From contig JAXHMZ010000004.1 of the NCBI GenBank assembly GCA_034521025.1, positions 41,315-105,314 of the forward strand: a stretch of 64,000 bases of DNA. The letters run 5' to 3'. The translations under genes were made by a program, and so were the position numbers. Position 1 is the first letter of the stretch. Each line of letters opens with the position of its first letter. The DNA is from Candidatus Campbellbacteria bacterium. Its GTDB lineage: Bacteria; Patescibacteriota; Minisyncoccia; Phycocordibacterales; JAXHMZ01. A model generated the notes under the pieces. It had not been told where the DNA came from, searched no databases, and was given only the letters and a program-made list of their open reading frames with translations. This document shows, in pieces, positions 1-9,588 of this stretch.

Positions 1-799
1 TATAGAAAATATCTATAATTCGTTTATTAAAAAGGCGGCCAACTTTTTGTCAGTGTATCGCGATAAAAACACAGGTTTGCCGCTCCCCAGTTATGATCTG
101 TGGGAAGAAAGGTATGGCGTTCATACCTACACTGCAGCAAGCGTGTATGGTGCTCTGAGAGCGGCTGCACAATTTGCGGGCATACTAGGAAAGACCAAGT
201 CCGCAACTCAATATAAGAATATAGCTACTGAAGTTAAACAAGCGCTAGAAGAACATCTCTACGATGAAGATTTGGGAGCATTTGTCAAAATGGTGACGCT
301 TGATGAGAACGGTGTTAAAGAAAAAGATAAGACAATCGATGTATCTAGTGTGTATGGAGTTATAAGCTTCGGAGTATTAGATGCAGAAGATCCCAGAGTA
401 AAAAATTCTCTTAAAAAGACTGAGCAGGATCTAAGTGTTAAAACTGAAGTGTCGGGATTAGCTCGTTATGAAAATGACGGTTACTACAGAATCGACAATT
501 CTACTCCGGGCAACCCATGGATAATCTCTACGCTTTGGATGACGCAATGTAAGATAGATACTGCTAAAACAAAATCTGACTTAGAAATCGTTAAGAGAGA
601 TTTAGATTGGTGTGTCAAGTATTCTCTTTCAACCGGTGTTTTGCCTGAACAACTTCATCCACACACCGGTAAGCCTCTCTCGGCTACTCCATTGACCTGG
701 AGTCACGCTGAATTTGTTCTAACTGTTATAAAATACCTTGATAAATTGGAAGAGTTGGGTATTTGTAAAGACTGCAATCCCGTGAAAAAGGGTACATAG
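1..799 (+). CDS. Glycoside hydrolase family 15 (glucoamylase/glucodextranase-like), C-terminal part; 5' end lies outside the window.
   Basis: The frame is open to the window edge with no stop upstream of 47. The conserved GH15 (alpha/alpha)6 barrel C-terminal region is present (ARYENDGYY, NPWIISTLW, LTWSHAEF motifs). Confidence 0.6.
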   Translation, partial: IENIYNSFIKKAANFLSVYRDKNTGLPLPSYDLWEERYGVHTYTAASVYGALRAAAQFAGILGKTKSATQYKNIATEVKQALEEHLYDEDLGAFVKMVTLDENGVKEKDKTIDVSSVYGVISFGVLDAEDPRVKNSLKKTEQDLSVKTEVSGLARYENDGYYRIDNSTPGNPWIISTLWMTQCKIDTAKTKSDLEIVKRDLDWCVKYSLSTGVLPEQLHPHTGKPLSATPLTWSHAEFVLTVIKYLDKLEELGICKDCNPVKKGT

Positions 800-901
800 A
801 AGTATTTTATTTAAAGGTTTGGTGGTAAGATATTAGAACGTACAGCCGTCTATTTAGGTGCTAAATGGGATTTGGCGAAAATTATAATTAAATAAATATT
901 T

Positions 902-1693
902 ATGAAACAACTAATTGGAATAATAGCTGTCATTCTCGTTCTTCTTGGAATTTGGATGGTAGTCGGAGGAGATGAAGATGGTCTCGAAAGTGAATATGAG
1001 CAAACAGCTCGGACTTGGATGACCGAAGAATCACCTACTTATACGGGAAGAAACGGCGATAACTTGGAAATGAATAGCAGTGAAAAGGTAAACGACAGCG
1101 CTTTTCGTTTTGAATTTACGTTTGAGGCAAGTGAAGCCGGTTATGGCGAACCGTCGTCCGGAGAAATGTCAGCTCAAGTTATTACAGAGCACGAAACGGT
1201 AGTAACAGTAGAAGAGGGGGAAGTAACTGAGGCAGTCACAGATGGTGTTTTTGATGAAATAAGAAGCAGACTGATCAATGAGCAAGAAGATGTTGTAGAC
1301 TCAAGAGATGTGTCGCTCTATTTCTACGATGAGAAAAGTGATACGGATCAAGATGGGAACGTACTGTGTAGCGAAGAAGCAGTTGTACCTGCAGAGCGCT
1401 CAATCGCGGAATATACAATCGAAAAGCATATAAACTTACTACTAGATGGACCTACAGAGAGTGAGGTCTCAGACGGCTTATCAAGCGAATTTCCTTTAGA
1501 AGGTTTGACGCTTGAATCTGCGGATCTTGATGATAATGGTACGCTGACTTTGACGTTTTCAGATCCACAAAACCAAACTGTCGGTGGTTCATGCCGCGTC
1601 GGTCTACTTTATTCTCAGATTAGGAAAACCGCCGAATCTATCGAAAGAGTGAGTGAAGTAGTGATCGAGCCGGAAGAGCTCTTTCAGCCCTAG
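902..1693 (+). CDS. Secreted, N-terminally anchored, highly acidic protein with a GerMN-like C-terminal domain.
   Basis: The protein has an N-terminal TM helix and a D/E-rich body. Its C-terminal pattern (LLLDGPTE...GTLTLTFSD) resembles the GerMN domain. Unknown function. Confidence 0.35.
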   Translation: MKQLIGIIAVILVLLGIWMVVGGDEDGLESEYEQTARTWMTEESPTYTGRNGDNLEMNSSEKVNDSAFRFEFTFEASEAGYGEPSSGEMSAQVITEHETVVTVEEGEVTEAVTDGVFDEIRSRLINEQEDVVDSRDVSLYFYDEKSDTDQDGNVLCSEEAVVPAERSIAEYTIEKHINLLLDGPTESEVSDGLSSEFPLEGLTLESADLDDNGTLTLTFSDPQNQTVGGSCRVGLLYSQIRKTAESIERVSEVVIEPEELFQP

Positions 1694-1796
1694 GTCAAAA
1701 TAGGAGCGAGTCTTTTACTCTTCGTTTTTAAAAACTAGAGACAAAAAAAGATAAATACGCTATACTACTAGCGGATTTATTGGATAAGTTAGAACC

Positions 1797-2387
1797 ATGC
1801 AAAGAAATATAATTCTGTATATTCTTATTGCGCTTCTTGTGGTGGTTGGTGGTACTTGGTACGCGCTTTCCACGCAAACAGAAGAAGAGCAACAAGAAGA
1901 CCGAACGGAAGAGGAGCAAGAGGAAGATGAAAACGCCTCGGAGGGTGATACAGAAGATGACTTGGAGGACGAAGAAGTCGATGGTGATAGTGACTCTGAA
2001 GAAAACGGAGACACTGACACGGGTACCGACTCTTCTACTGAAGGGGAAACTTCTGATGAAACCTCAGGAAGCGGATCAGATTCCGAAGGTTCTACTTCAC
2101 AAGGATCCGAAGGATCTCTGAGTGAAGAAGATTCCCAGAGCGGTAGTGACGATCTTACTGACGGAGTCGGTGGGACTGAGATAACCACTACCACAACGTT
2201 AGACAAAGAAGAGATAAGGTCAGAGCTAAGTGCTCAAGCTGAAGTTCTCTCAACTGTTCTATCAGTTATAGAGTTACAGCTTGAAGAGGGAGAGATCACT
2301 GTTGAAGAAGCAGAAGAACTCCTTGAGCAAGTAAGTAACGCAACGGACGACCTGGAAGAATCTGTAGAAATGTATCTTGCTCTATAA
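1797..2387 (+). CDS. Membrane-anchored, extremely acidic low-complexity (E/D/S/T-rich) protein.
   Basis: An N-terminal TM helix is followed by D/E/S/T low-complexity sequence. The overlapping ORFs at 1760..2206(-) and 1828..2121(+) are shadows of this low-complexity gene. Confidence 0.4.
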   Translation: MQRNIILYILIALLVVVGGTWYALSTQTEEEQQEDRTEEEQEEDENASEGDTEDDLEDEEVDGDSDSEENGDTDTGTDSSTEGETSDETSGSGSDSEGSTSQGSEGSLSEEDSQSGSDDLTDGVGGTEITTTTTLDKEEIRSELSAQAEVLSTVLSVIELQLEEGEITVEEAEELLEQVSNATDDLEESVEMYLAL

Positions 2388-2393
2388 AAAAAT

Positions 2394-2441
2394 AAACCCG
2401 AGATCTTGGTGTGCGCTTGATCTTCGGGTTTATTTTTTTTT
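2394..2441 (+). terminator. Rho-independent terminator.
   Basis: Hairpin aaacccgagatc...gatcttcgggttt followed by a T11 run. Confidence 0.7.
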
Positions 2442-2463
2442 GATTTAGCTTTATTAAGCTATA

Positions 2464-3300
2464 ATGCAGGTAATGCTAAGACTTCTAAGTAAAATTCTTC
2501 TTTTTGCCATAGCGATGTTTGCTCTCTTCGTTTTCTTTAAAGAACCTACTAATGACAGAGAATGGACGCCCGATTTGGCTAAACTGGCTCAGGTGGAGAT
2601 CTATGAAGGCGGAGAAGGAACAAAGGTGGGTATAAAAAATATTAGAGACTCGACATATGAAGACGGAGAAGAAAATATACAATACTACTCGCAAATATTT
2701 GATCTAGCGGAATTAAAGAAGGTTTGGTTTTTAGTTGAGCCATTTTCTGACTGGGAAGCGGCGGCGCATACCTTTTTTGTATTTGACTTTAAGGACGGTC
2801 AGTCAATCGGGTTTTCAGTGGAAGCTCGCAAAGAAAAGAATGAGAAATATTCCGCCTTGCGCGGATTATTTCGAGAGTATGAACTGCATTATCTGTTTGC
2901 AAGTGAGCGCGACCTGGTCCTTCGTCGGACCGATCATTTAGACCATGAGGTTTATATGTATCCGATAGATACAAATAGAGAAAATGTTAGAAACTTATTT
3001 TTACGCATAGCAAATAGAGCCGACGAATTGGAAAGTGAGCCAGCTTTTTATAATACTATTACAAGTTCTTGTACAACCACATTGGTCAGGCACATTAACG
3101 AGACCTCTCCCAACAAAATCAAATGGTGGCACAAAGCCCAGTATTTGCCTGGATTATCCGATAGGTTGGCCTACGACCTAGGTCTTATCGATACAGATCT
3201 CCCGTTTGAAGAGACGAGAGAGCAATTCAGCATTAAAGAGAAAGCAAATGACTGTGCCTCCAGTGACAACTTTTCTCTTTGCTTACGTGAAAAACTTTAA
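2464..3300 (+). CDS. DUF4105-domain protein (Lnb N-terminal-like), membrane anchored.
   Basis: The protein has an N-terminal TM helix and the motif FYNTITSSCTTTL, which is typical of the DUF4105 Y..N..NCTT signature. Confidence 0.5.
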   Translation: MQVMLRLLSKILLFAIAMFALFVFFKEPTNDREWTPDLAKLAQVEIYEGGEGTKVGIKNIRDSTYEDGEENIQYYSQIFDLAELKKVWFLVEPFSDWEAAAHTFFVFDFKDGQSIGFSVEARKEKNEKYSALRGLFREYELHYLFASERDLVLRRTDHLDHEVYMYPIDTNRENVRNLFLRIANRADELESEPAFYNTITSSCTTTLVRHINETSPNKIKWWHKAQYLPGLSDRLAYDLGLIDTDLPFEETREQFSIKEKANDCASSDNFSLCLREKL

Positions 3301-3391
3301 CGTGCTCCAGGGACAGCAGTTTTCATTTGAACTGAAATGAAGATCAAGTGCAGTTTTGTTATAATAGTCGTAGTAAATTCCAAGAAGTTAT

Positions 3392-4603
3392 ATGCCTAAT
3401 GATCTGAGAAACTTTTTAAAGAAGAATAAGCAAATAATAATCACAACCGTATTATTTAATGCGTTCTTTTTGATCGTGGTAATGATCTCGCTTAGTCTCA
3501 TTTTTGACACATCGATAGAAGATCTGTACGAGAAAAGAACCACTGATGTACATAAGGAAGAGGGTCATCAGGTCGCACAGGAAGAAGCTGTTGTCAGAGC
3601 TGTCTCAAAAGCCAACCCTGCGGTTGTATCAATTGTTGCCACAAGAGATCTGCCCGAGATCAGTGAAGAAGAAAGGCGGTTCTTTGAATTTTTTGCCCCG
3701 CATTTAGAGTTGCCTGAAAATGATCCAGGAGAACAAGAAATAGGTGGGGGTTCAGGGTTTTTTGTTTCTCCTGACGGCATGGTAATTACTAACCGCCATG
3801 TGGTAGAAAATGACTCACTAAATTATAGTGTGGTTACAAATGAAGGCGAGAAACTTGAGGCCAGTGTAGTGGCAACTGATTCGGTCTATGATGTAGCAGT
3901 GCTTGACGTAGAGATAAGCGACGCTCCTTATCTGGAGTTCGGTAGCTCAGAGAATTTGGAGCTTGGTCAATCCGTTATAGCTATAGGTAACGCTCTGTCT
4001 GAATTTTCTAACAGTATAACTTCAGGGATAGTTTCCGGTCTTTCGCGTTCCATTGTCGCCGGTAGTCAAACCGGTCGCTCAGAATTACTTGAAAATGTTA
4101 TACAAACGGACGCCAGTATTAATCCCGGTAATTCCGGAGGCCCTCTTTTGGACCTGAAAGGAAATGTGATCGGGGTCAACGTAGCAATGGCTCGGGGTTC
4201 TGAAAATATTGGTTTTGCCGTACCATCGGATGTTGTTTCGCCAATAGTAGATTCTGTTAAAGAACATGGAGAGATCATTAGGCCTTTCCTAGGCGTTCGC
4301 TACGCGCCTGTAGACGAACAAACTGCCTCAAGAGAAGACCTTCCGGTATCGCACGGAGTGATCATCGTTTCGGGAGGAATTGGATCTCCGGCGGTGATGC
4401 CCGGAACTCCAGCCGACGTTGCCGGCCTTCGAGAAGGGGACATAATCGTTGAATATAACGACACAGAAATAAATAGCGAGGTTTCTTTTGCTCGGCTAAT
4501 CCGAGAATCAGAGGTGGGTGAAACGGTAACTCTAAAAGTAGTACGCGGAGAGGAAGAGATTGCCGTAGAAGTCACCCTAGAGAGAGCGCCTAACGATCTA
4601 TAA
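3392..4603 (+). CDS. htrA: HtrA/DegP-family periplasmic serine protease (trypsin-like domain plus PDZ).
   Basis: An N-terminal TM helix is present. The catalytic His sits in GMVITNRHVV, the Asp in DVAVLDV and the Ser in GNSGGPLLD. A C-terminal PDZ domain (GLREGDIIVEYND) follows. Confidence 0.85.
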   Translation: MPNDLRNFLKKNKQIIITTVLFNAFFLIVVMISLSLIFDTSIEDLYEKRTTDVHKEEGHQVAQEEAVVRAVSKANPAVVSIVATRDLPEISEEERRFFEFFAPHLELPENDPGEQEIGGGSGFFVSPDGMVITNRHVVENDSLNYSVVTNEGEKLEASVVATDSVYDVAVLDVEISDAPYLEFGSSENLELGQSVIAIGNALSEFSNSITSGIVSGLSRSIVAGSQTGRSELLENVIQTDASINPGNSGGPLLDLKGNVIGVNVAMARGSENIGFAVPSDVVSPIVDSVKEHGEIIRPFLGVRYAPVDEQTASREDLPVSHGVIIVSGGIGSPAVMPGTPADVAGLREGDIIVEYNDTEINSEVSFARLIRESEVGETVTLKVVRGEEEIAVEVTLERAPNDL

Positions 4604-4605
4604 AT

Positions 4606-6480
4606 ATGGATAAGATCAAACAGGTACTAGGGATTATAGGATTGTTGGCCCTTTTGTCATTTCCTGCATTTTTACAGGCTCAATCTAATGAAACAATTGA
4701 GGAATTTAATACAGTGCTCGAAATTCGTGAAGATGGAGTGCTTGAAGTAGAAGAAACGATACGTTACAGATTTGTCTCAGACGACCGCCATGGTATTTAT
4801 CGAGAAATTCCTAAAACCTATGAAGAGAACGGTGAGAAGTACAAGCTTATTATTCCTGAATTTTCGGTTAATAGCGATACAGCTCCAAATAAAATAAAAA
4901 GAGAAGATTCTAATTCACGTTATGTACTTCGTATAGGAGATCCAAATGAGACGATCTCCTCTGGGCTTCATACTTACAAAATTTCCTATACAGCGGAAAA
5001 TGCCGTTTCGTTTTATGAGGAATTTGATGAGATCTATTGGAATGCTACAGGCAGTGAGTGGGACGTACCGATCGAGAGAGCTAGTTTTACGATCAGACTT
5101 CCTGAAGAATTACCGGAAGACGATATTCAGTATGATTGCTACCAGGGTGTAGTGGGCGCTGAAACACAATGCGACGATATTACTTTGATCTCTAACTCAG
5201 AGAACGAAACTGTCAGCGGAGTCCAATTTAGCGCTACAAACCTTGCTCCTCTAGAAGGTTTGACTGGGGCGCTTGGTTTCCCTAAAGGAGTTGTACCGGA
5301 GACCGAAAAAGAGCTGGCGGGCATATCAACCGCATCTCTATTTTTGATGATCGGCGGTCTCTTTACGGCGCTGATAGCTTTCTTTTGGTGGGCGATAGCG
5401 CATTGGCGAAAGTATGGTCGTGATCCGGAAGGAAGGGGTACTATTGTCAGGCAATATGATGTACCTGAAGACCTTTCTCCTGCTGAACTTGGGCTTATGG
5501 TCGATGAAAAGATAAATTCTCATGACATTACCGCCGAAATCGTATATCTGGCAGAGCAAGGGTATTTACATATACTTTCAATTCCCAAGAAGATTTTATT
5601 CTTTAAAAATGTAAACTTTTACTTACTAAAAATGAAAGAAGAAGACGAAGGTCTGAAGACTCACCAGCAACAGATCTTATCTTCACTATTTTCATCTAAA
5701 TATACACTTTCTGGGGAAGAAAAAGAAAGTCTATTGGAAAAGGTCTCGGAAAGTAGCGAAATAAGGGGAGATCGAGGAAAGATAAAAAGTAAAATAGAAT
5801 CTTCGCTTGAAATTACACCAATTAAAGATCTCAAGAATAAGTTCTATGTTGATCTAAAATCAATAAAGAAAGAACTAGAAAGGAGTATGACCGAGGTGGG
5901 GTATTTCACTCAAAATCCCAACGAGGTACGTAAAAAGTATAATTTGTTATTTATCCTGCCTTTTTTGGCAATGTTCTTTCTTCCTTTTGTTTTTGGTCTT
6001 CTAGACCTAAATGGTTCTGTCGGGATTGCCTTATCTCTATCAATATTCTTCATTCTTATCTTTATGATAGCTTTTGTTATCTTTTTCGCGAACGCAATGG
6101 TGCAAAAGACAAAAAAGGGTGTATCCGTGCGAGAACATACTCTCGGACTCAAAGAATATTTATCAATTGCTGAAAAAGATCGGTTAGAGTTTCACTTTAA
6201 CCCAAGAAATAACCCAAAACTTTTTGAGAAATTTCTGCCGTACGCGATAGCTTTAGGAGTAGATAAACAGTGGGCGAGTGAATTGGAGGATATATATCTA
6301 GAACCCGACTGGTATACTGACGCAAACAGAGATAGCTTCACGGCCGGAGCTTTCTATAGCTCTTTTTCAGGATTTGATACTGCTGTTTCTTCCAGTTATT
6401 CCTCACCTTCCTCAAGCGGAAGTTCTGGCGGGGGTTCCGCTGGTGGAGGAGCAGGCGGCGGCGGAGGAGGTAGTTGGTAG
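4606..6480 (+). CDS. DUF2207-family membrane protein with a Gly/Ser-rich C-terminus.
   Basis: The protein has a signal peptide and an N-terminal DUF2207-like beta domain (IREDGVLEVEETIRYRF, GIYREIP). Internal TM helices and a C-terminal SSGGGSAGGGAGGGGGGSW tail, as seen in DUF2207 proteins, are also present. Confidence 0.6.
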   Translation: MDKIKQVLGIIGLLALLSFPAFLQAQSNETIEEFNTVLEIREDGVLEVEETIRYRFVSDDRHGIYREIPKTYEENGEKYKLIIPEFSVNSDTAPNKIKREDSNSRYVLRIGDPNETISSGLHTYKISYTAENAVSFYEEFDEIYWNATGSEWDVPIERASFTIRLPEELPEDDIQYDCYQGVVGAETQCDDITLISNSENETVSGVQFSATNLAPLEGLTGALGFPKGVVPETEKELAGISTASLFLMIGGLFTALIAFFWWAIAHWRKYGRDPEGRGTIVRQYDVPEDLSPAELGLMVDEKINSHDITAEIVYLAEQGYLHILSIPKKILFFKNVNFYLLKMKEEDEGLKTHQQQILSSLFSSKYTLSGEEKESLLEKVSESSEIRGDRGKIKSKIESSLEITPIKDLKNKFYVDLKSIKKELERSMTEVGYFTQNPNEVRKKYNLLFILPFLAMFFLPFVFGLLDLNGSVGIALSLSIFFILIFMIAFVIFFANAMVQKTKKGVSVREHTLGLKEYLSIAEKDRLEFHFNPRNNPKLFEKFLPYAIALGVDKQWASELEDIYLEPDWYTDANRDSFTAGAFYSSFSGFDTAVSSSYSSPSSSGSSGGGSAGGGAGGGGGGSW

Positions 6481-6940
6481 ACTTATCAAACTTTAAAGCA
6501 ATATAAAAGAAACAGCGCAGAGCATAGCTCTGCGCTGTAGATGGGCTGGTGTACCACCTCCTATTTACTCAATTAGATAATGGATCACCTCCTCTCACTC
6601 AATGAGCTTTCAAGGAGTGCTTTTAAAGCTAAAGCGCTCATAAATCCCTCCTTTCCAGGGAAGAAAGATTCCCCTAATAAGAGTATACATAAAAATACAA
6701 ATACTTTAATTCACACCATTAATTGTAAACAAAATATAAATTAGTACGTGTAATACTAGTAAAAAAGTAAAAAACATGGCTCTACAGAGCGATTATCGCT
6801 CCCTATAACATTTTTGTATTTTTGTCAAGTATTACTACTTTGCGATTAATTGACTTTCTTGCTGAGGGCCATATACTGCTTGTCAGCTTCACATTAGTGT
6901 GGGGTTTTATTCTTTCCTTAAAATTAAACTTGAACACAAA

Positions 6941-7528
6941 ATGACACGCAAAGCATTTGTTAGAACGGTTTCCGTCACAGTGCTTGCGCTTTCACTCGCT
7001 ACTCAACAGGGAATATTAGAAGCTAGTATTGACGACGATGTTCCCATACGTTCGACAGCTGAAATAGCTGTCGAAGAAAAAGAAGATTCCGAAGATGGTG
7101 AAAGCACTGCAAGTACTGATGATTCAAAATCAAAAGTTCGTAAGGTGGCCGTGCAAAAAACAGAGACTACAGTTAAGAACCAAGTTCCGTATAGATCCAC
7201 ACAGGTAGATCCTGAAACCGAGATGAAGGTTTATGCCTACTTTTCGGATATTCCGGAAATGATCTATGTAGCCGAATGTGAGTCTACTTTCAGACATTAC
7301 GGTTCGGACGGTAAGGTACTGAGAGGTAGAGCTGTAAGTGAAGACGTAGGAGTGATGCAGATAAATGAGGGGTACCACCTAAAAAGGTCTGAATCTCTCG
7401 GTTATGACATCCATACGTTAGAAGGAAATATGGAATACGCACGCCATCTTTACGAAGAAAAAGGTCTTCAGCCTTGGAGTGCTTCACGACCATGTTGGAT
7501 AAAAAAACATAGTCTGGCGCAACTTTAA
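6941..7528 (+). CDS. Secreted lytic transglycosylase-like protein (SLT/GH23-like domain).
   Basis: The ATG at 6941 is followed by a signal peptide. The motif AECESTF...S..DVGVMQIN matches the SLT catalytic signature E-S...S..G.MQ. Confidence 0.5.
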   Translation: MTRKAFVRTVSVTVLALSLATQQGILEASIDDDVPIRSTAEIAVEEKEDSEDGESTASTDDSKSKVRKVAVQKTETTVKNQVPYRSTQVDPETEMKVYAYFSDIPEMIYVAECESTFRHYGSDGKVLRGRAVSEDVGVMQINEGYHLKRSESLGYDIHTLEGNMEYARHLYEEKGLQPWSASRPCWIKKHSLAQL

Positions 7529-7542
7529 AGTCTGATTAGTAC

Positions 7543-7572
7543 AAAACCCGCGGTTTACCGCGGGTTTTGTTG
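7543..7572 (+). terminator. Rho-independent terminator.
   Basis: Hairpin aaacccgcgg-ttta-ccgcgggttt followed by a T-rich tract. Confidence 0.65.
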
Positions 7573-7720
7573 TTGTATCCTAGCCAAAGCAAAAAAGTGA
7601 TGGTAAAATTACATGTAATGAATGGAGTATACAATTCATCACCACAGGCTGACGTAATTGATGAGTCAATATACTATTTGGCCTCTCTCGGTGCGGCAAG
7701 CGCAGCTTCTCTAGCTGCTC

Positions 7721-8266
7721 TTGTTTGTAATTACTGTCCCATTTTGGGTAACGGGTGGAAGTTTATCGCTTACTTCTAGTTTGTGGGTCTTTTTATTTTT
7801 TCTTCCGGGAGCACTTTCCTTGCTATGTCCTTTTATATCTCGGAAATTAGGAAGATCATTAAGATACAATCCTCTTTATGGCGTTATCGCTGGCTACGGA
7901 GCATATTCCGTGGTGTCGTTTCTTGTTATAGTTTTTGGCGACGAGCCGACTTCTGTCGGGTGGCTGGCGACTATGTTTCTGGTTATCTCAGTCGCGGTCT
8001 TGTTCTCAGAACGTTATTCGCGCGAGAAATTAGAAACAGAAGAAACTAACGAGTCGAGACAGGATGGATCTGGTGATCTTCAAGAAGAAAATAAAGAAGA
8101 GCATAACAACGAATTTTTATTTGCCATGAACGGGCCGGAAGAGGATGAAATAACTACGGAAGAACGGAACGAAAAAGTTGATCATTACTCAAGAGAAGAA
8201 GGGTTGACGCCTGAGGACAAGGAGATCTTGGATTCTCTTGACTCTCGCGATAATAAAAATTCATAG
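7721..8266 (+). CDS. Hypothetical multi-TM membrane protein with an acidic C-terminal tail.
   Basis: It has two or three TM helices followed by an E/D-rich tail. The ORF at 7567..7779 overlaps it in another frame, so this may be a frameshifted or longer gene starting near ATG 7598. Confidence 0.3.
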   Translation: MFVITVPFWVTGGSLSLTSSLWVFLFFLPGALSLLCPFISRKLGRSLRYNPLYGVIAGYGAYSVVSFLVIVFGDEPTSVGWLATMFLVISVAVLFSERYSREKLETEETNESRQDGSGDLQEENKEEHNNEFLFAMNGPEEDEITTEERNEKVDHYSREEGLTPEDKEILDSLDSRDNKNS

Positions 8267-8272
8267 GAATTA

Positions 8273-8995
8273 TCACTCAAGCGCGTTTCTGAATTTTTCT
8301 AATTCTTTACCCTTTAGTATTTTGTGATCACCTTCCTTTAGCTTTCCTAAAGTAAGGGTCGCAATTCTAATTCTTTTTAGGTCTCGAACAGCGAAACCAA
8401 ACGCGTCAGCCATGCGTCGTATTTGATGCTTTTTGCCCTCTGTGAGAACAATTTTAAACGTTGTATCATTGATCTTTTCAACCTCGGCTTGTTTTGATGT
8501 GATGCCGCCGGAGAGATGAATCCCCTCTCTCATACGTTTTAGGAAAAAGTGTCTCAATGGCTTGTCTACTTCTACTATGTATTCCTTTTCGTGCTTGGAT
8601 CTGGGATTAAGTAATTTGTCCACAATCGTGCCGTCGTTTGATAGCAACATAAGGCCTCTTGATGCTCGGTCTAGACGACCCAGTACGGCTAGCCCTTTGC
8701 CGCGCATATTTTGCGGCAAAAGATCCAAAACTTCTTTTTGTCCCGGCAGTGGATTATGACTTACTATGCCAACCGGTTTGTTCACGAGTAGGTAAATTTT
8801 GTTCTGGGATTCTTCCAGAGCTCTATCGCTAACGGCTACTTCGTCTCCCAAAAATACTTTTTGTCCGATTTGGGCTGCTTCGTCGTTAATGGTAACTTCG
8901 CCATTAAGAATCAGATCATCAGCTTTGCGACGTGACGCTATGCCTTTGTCTTTTAAATATTTGTTTATCCTCACTGGAAAATTAGAGTCTTTCAT
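8273..8995 (-). CDS. RsuA/RluB-family rRNA pseudouridine synthase (S4 domain plus catalytic domain).
   Basis: The N-terminal S4 domain shows RINKYLKDKGIASRRKADDLI. The catalytic Asp motif is GRLDRASRGLMLLSNDG, and the HQIRRM motif is present. Confidence 0.8.
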   Translation of the reverse strand: MKDSNFPVRINKYLKDKGIASRRKADDLILNGEVTINDEAAQIGQKVFLGDEVAVSDRALEESQNKIYLLVNKPVGIVSHNPLPGQKEVLDLLPQNMRGKGLAVLGRLDRASRGLMLLSNDGTIVDKLLNPRSKHEKEYIVEVDKPLRHFFLKRMREGIHLSGGITSKQAEVEKINDTTFKIVLTEGKKHQIRRMADAFGFAVRDLKRIRIATLTLGKLKEGDHKILKGKELEKFRNALE

Positions 8996-9019
8996 AGTAT
9001 AAAGAGTAACATAGACCTT

Positions 9020-9544
9020 ATGAAAATGGCTCTTTATTTTATATTATTGATCACTTTGGCTGTAGTTTTACCCGGGTTAGTTCTTTATTTCAGTTCTGGA
9101 GGACATATCGAGAGTAACTTAGAGCGCGCAGAAGAGCAGAGGGAAAATATCCTAGGGGGTTCTTTTGAAAGGAGCAATGAAAGTGAACATGATCTTTTGG
9201 ATATTAAACGATCGCAACAAGAGTTTATAGTAGAAGATATAGTTGAAGGAACCGGACCAGAAGCAAAAGTTGGTGCTGTTATAAGCGTGCATTACACGGG
9301 AAGGTTTGAAAATGGAGAGGTTTTCGATTCTTCTCGTCGACCAGGGAGGAGCGCTTTTCAGTTTACTCTAGGTGAAGGTCAGGTTATAGACGGCTGGGAA
9401 AGAGGAATAGAAGGAATGAAGGTAGGTGGTGTACGCAGATTAACAATTCCTCCCCAGCTCGCTTACGGCTTCGAAGACTACGGACCTATCCCCGGTGGAT
9501 CGGTTTTGATTTTTGAAATAGAACTGCTTTCAGTATTTGAGTAA
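9020..9544 (+). CDS. FKBP-type peptidyl-prolyl cis-trans isomerase, membrane anchored.
   Basis: An N-terminal TM helix is present. The FKBP domain motifs are VISVHYTGRFENGEVFDSS, FQFTLGEGQVIDGWE and GGVRRLTIPPQLAYG. Confidence 0.8.
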   Translation: MKMALYFILLITLAVVLPGLVLYFSSGGHIESNLERAEEQRENILGGSFERSNESEHDLLDIKRSQQEFIVEDIVEGTGPEAKVGAVISVHYTGRFENGEVFDSSRRPGRSAFQFTLGEGQVIDGWERGIEGMKVGGVRRLTIPPQLAYGFEDYGPIPGGSVLIFEIELLSVFE

Positions 9545-9556
9545 TATTCAAACTAA

Positions 9557-9584
9557 TACCCGCGCCTGGAAACAGACGCGGGCT
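9557..9584. terminator. Bidirectional hairpin between convergent genes.
   Basis: Stem cccgcg...cgcggg nested inside a longer inverted repeat tattcaaac...gtttgaata. It lies between the convergent FKBP (+) and 9589..9987 (-) genes. Confidence 0.45.
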
Positions 9585-9588
9585 AAAT

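Noticed and set aside
1760-2206. Overlapping ORFs on both strands across the acidic protein gene.
   Set aside because: They are low-complexity repeat shadows (poly-S/E/K frames) of the 1797..2387 gene.
6583-6594. GGATCACCTCCT, identical to the 16S rRNA 3' terminus.
   Set aside because: It is only 12 nt, with no surrounding rRNA-like sequence or 23S/5S/ITS features. It is reported only as a curiosity, not as an rRNA gene.
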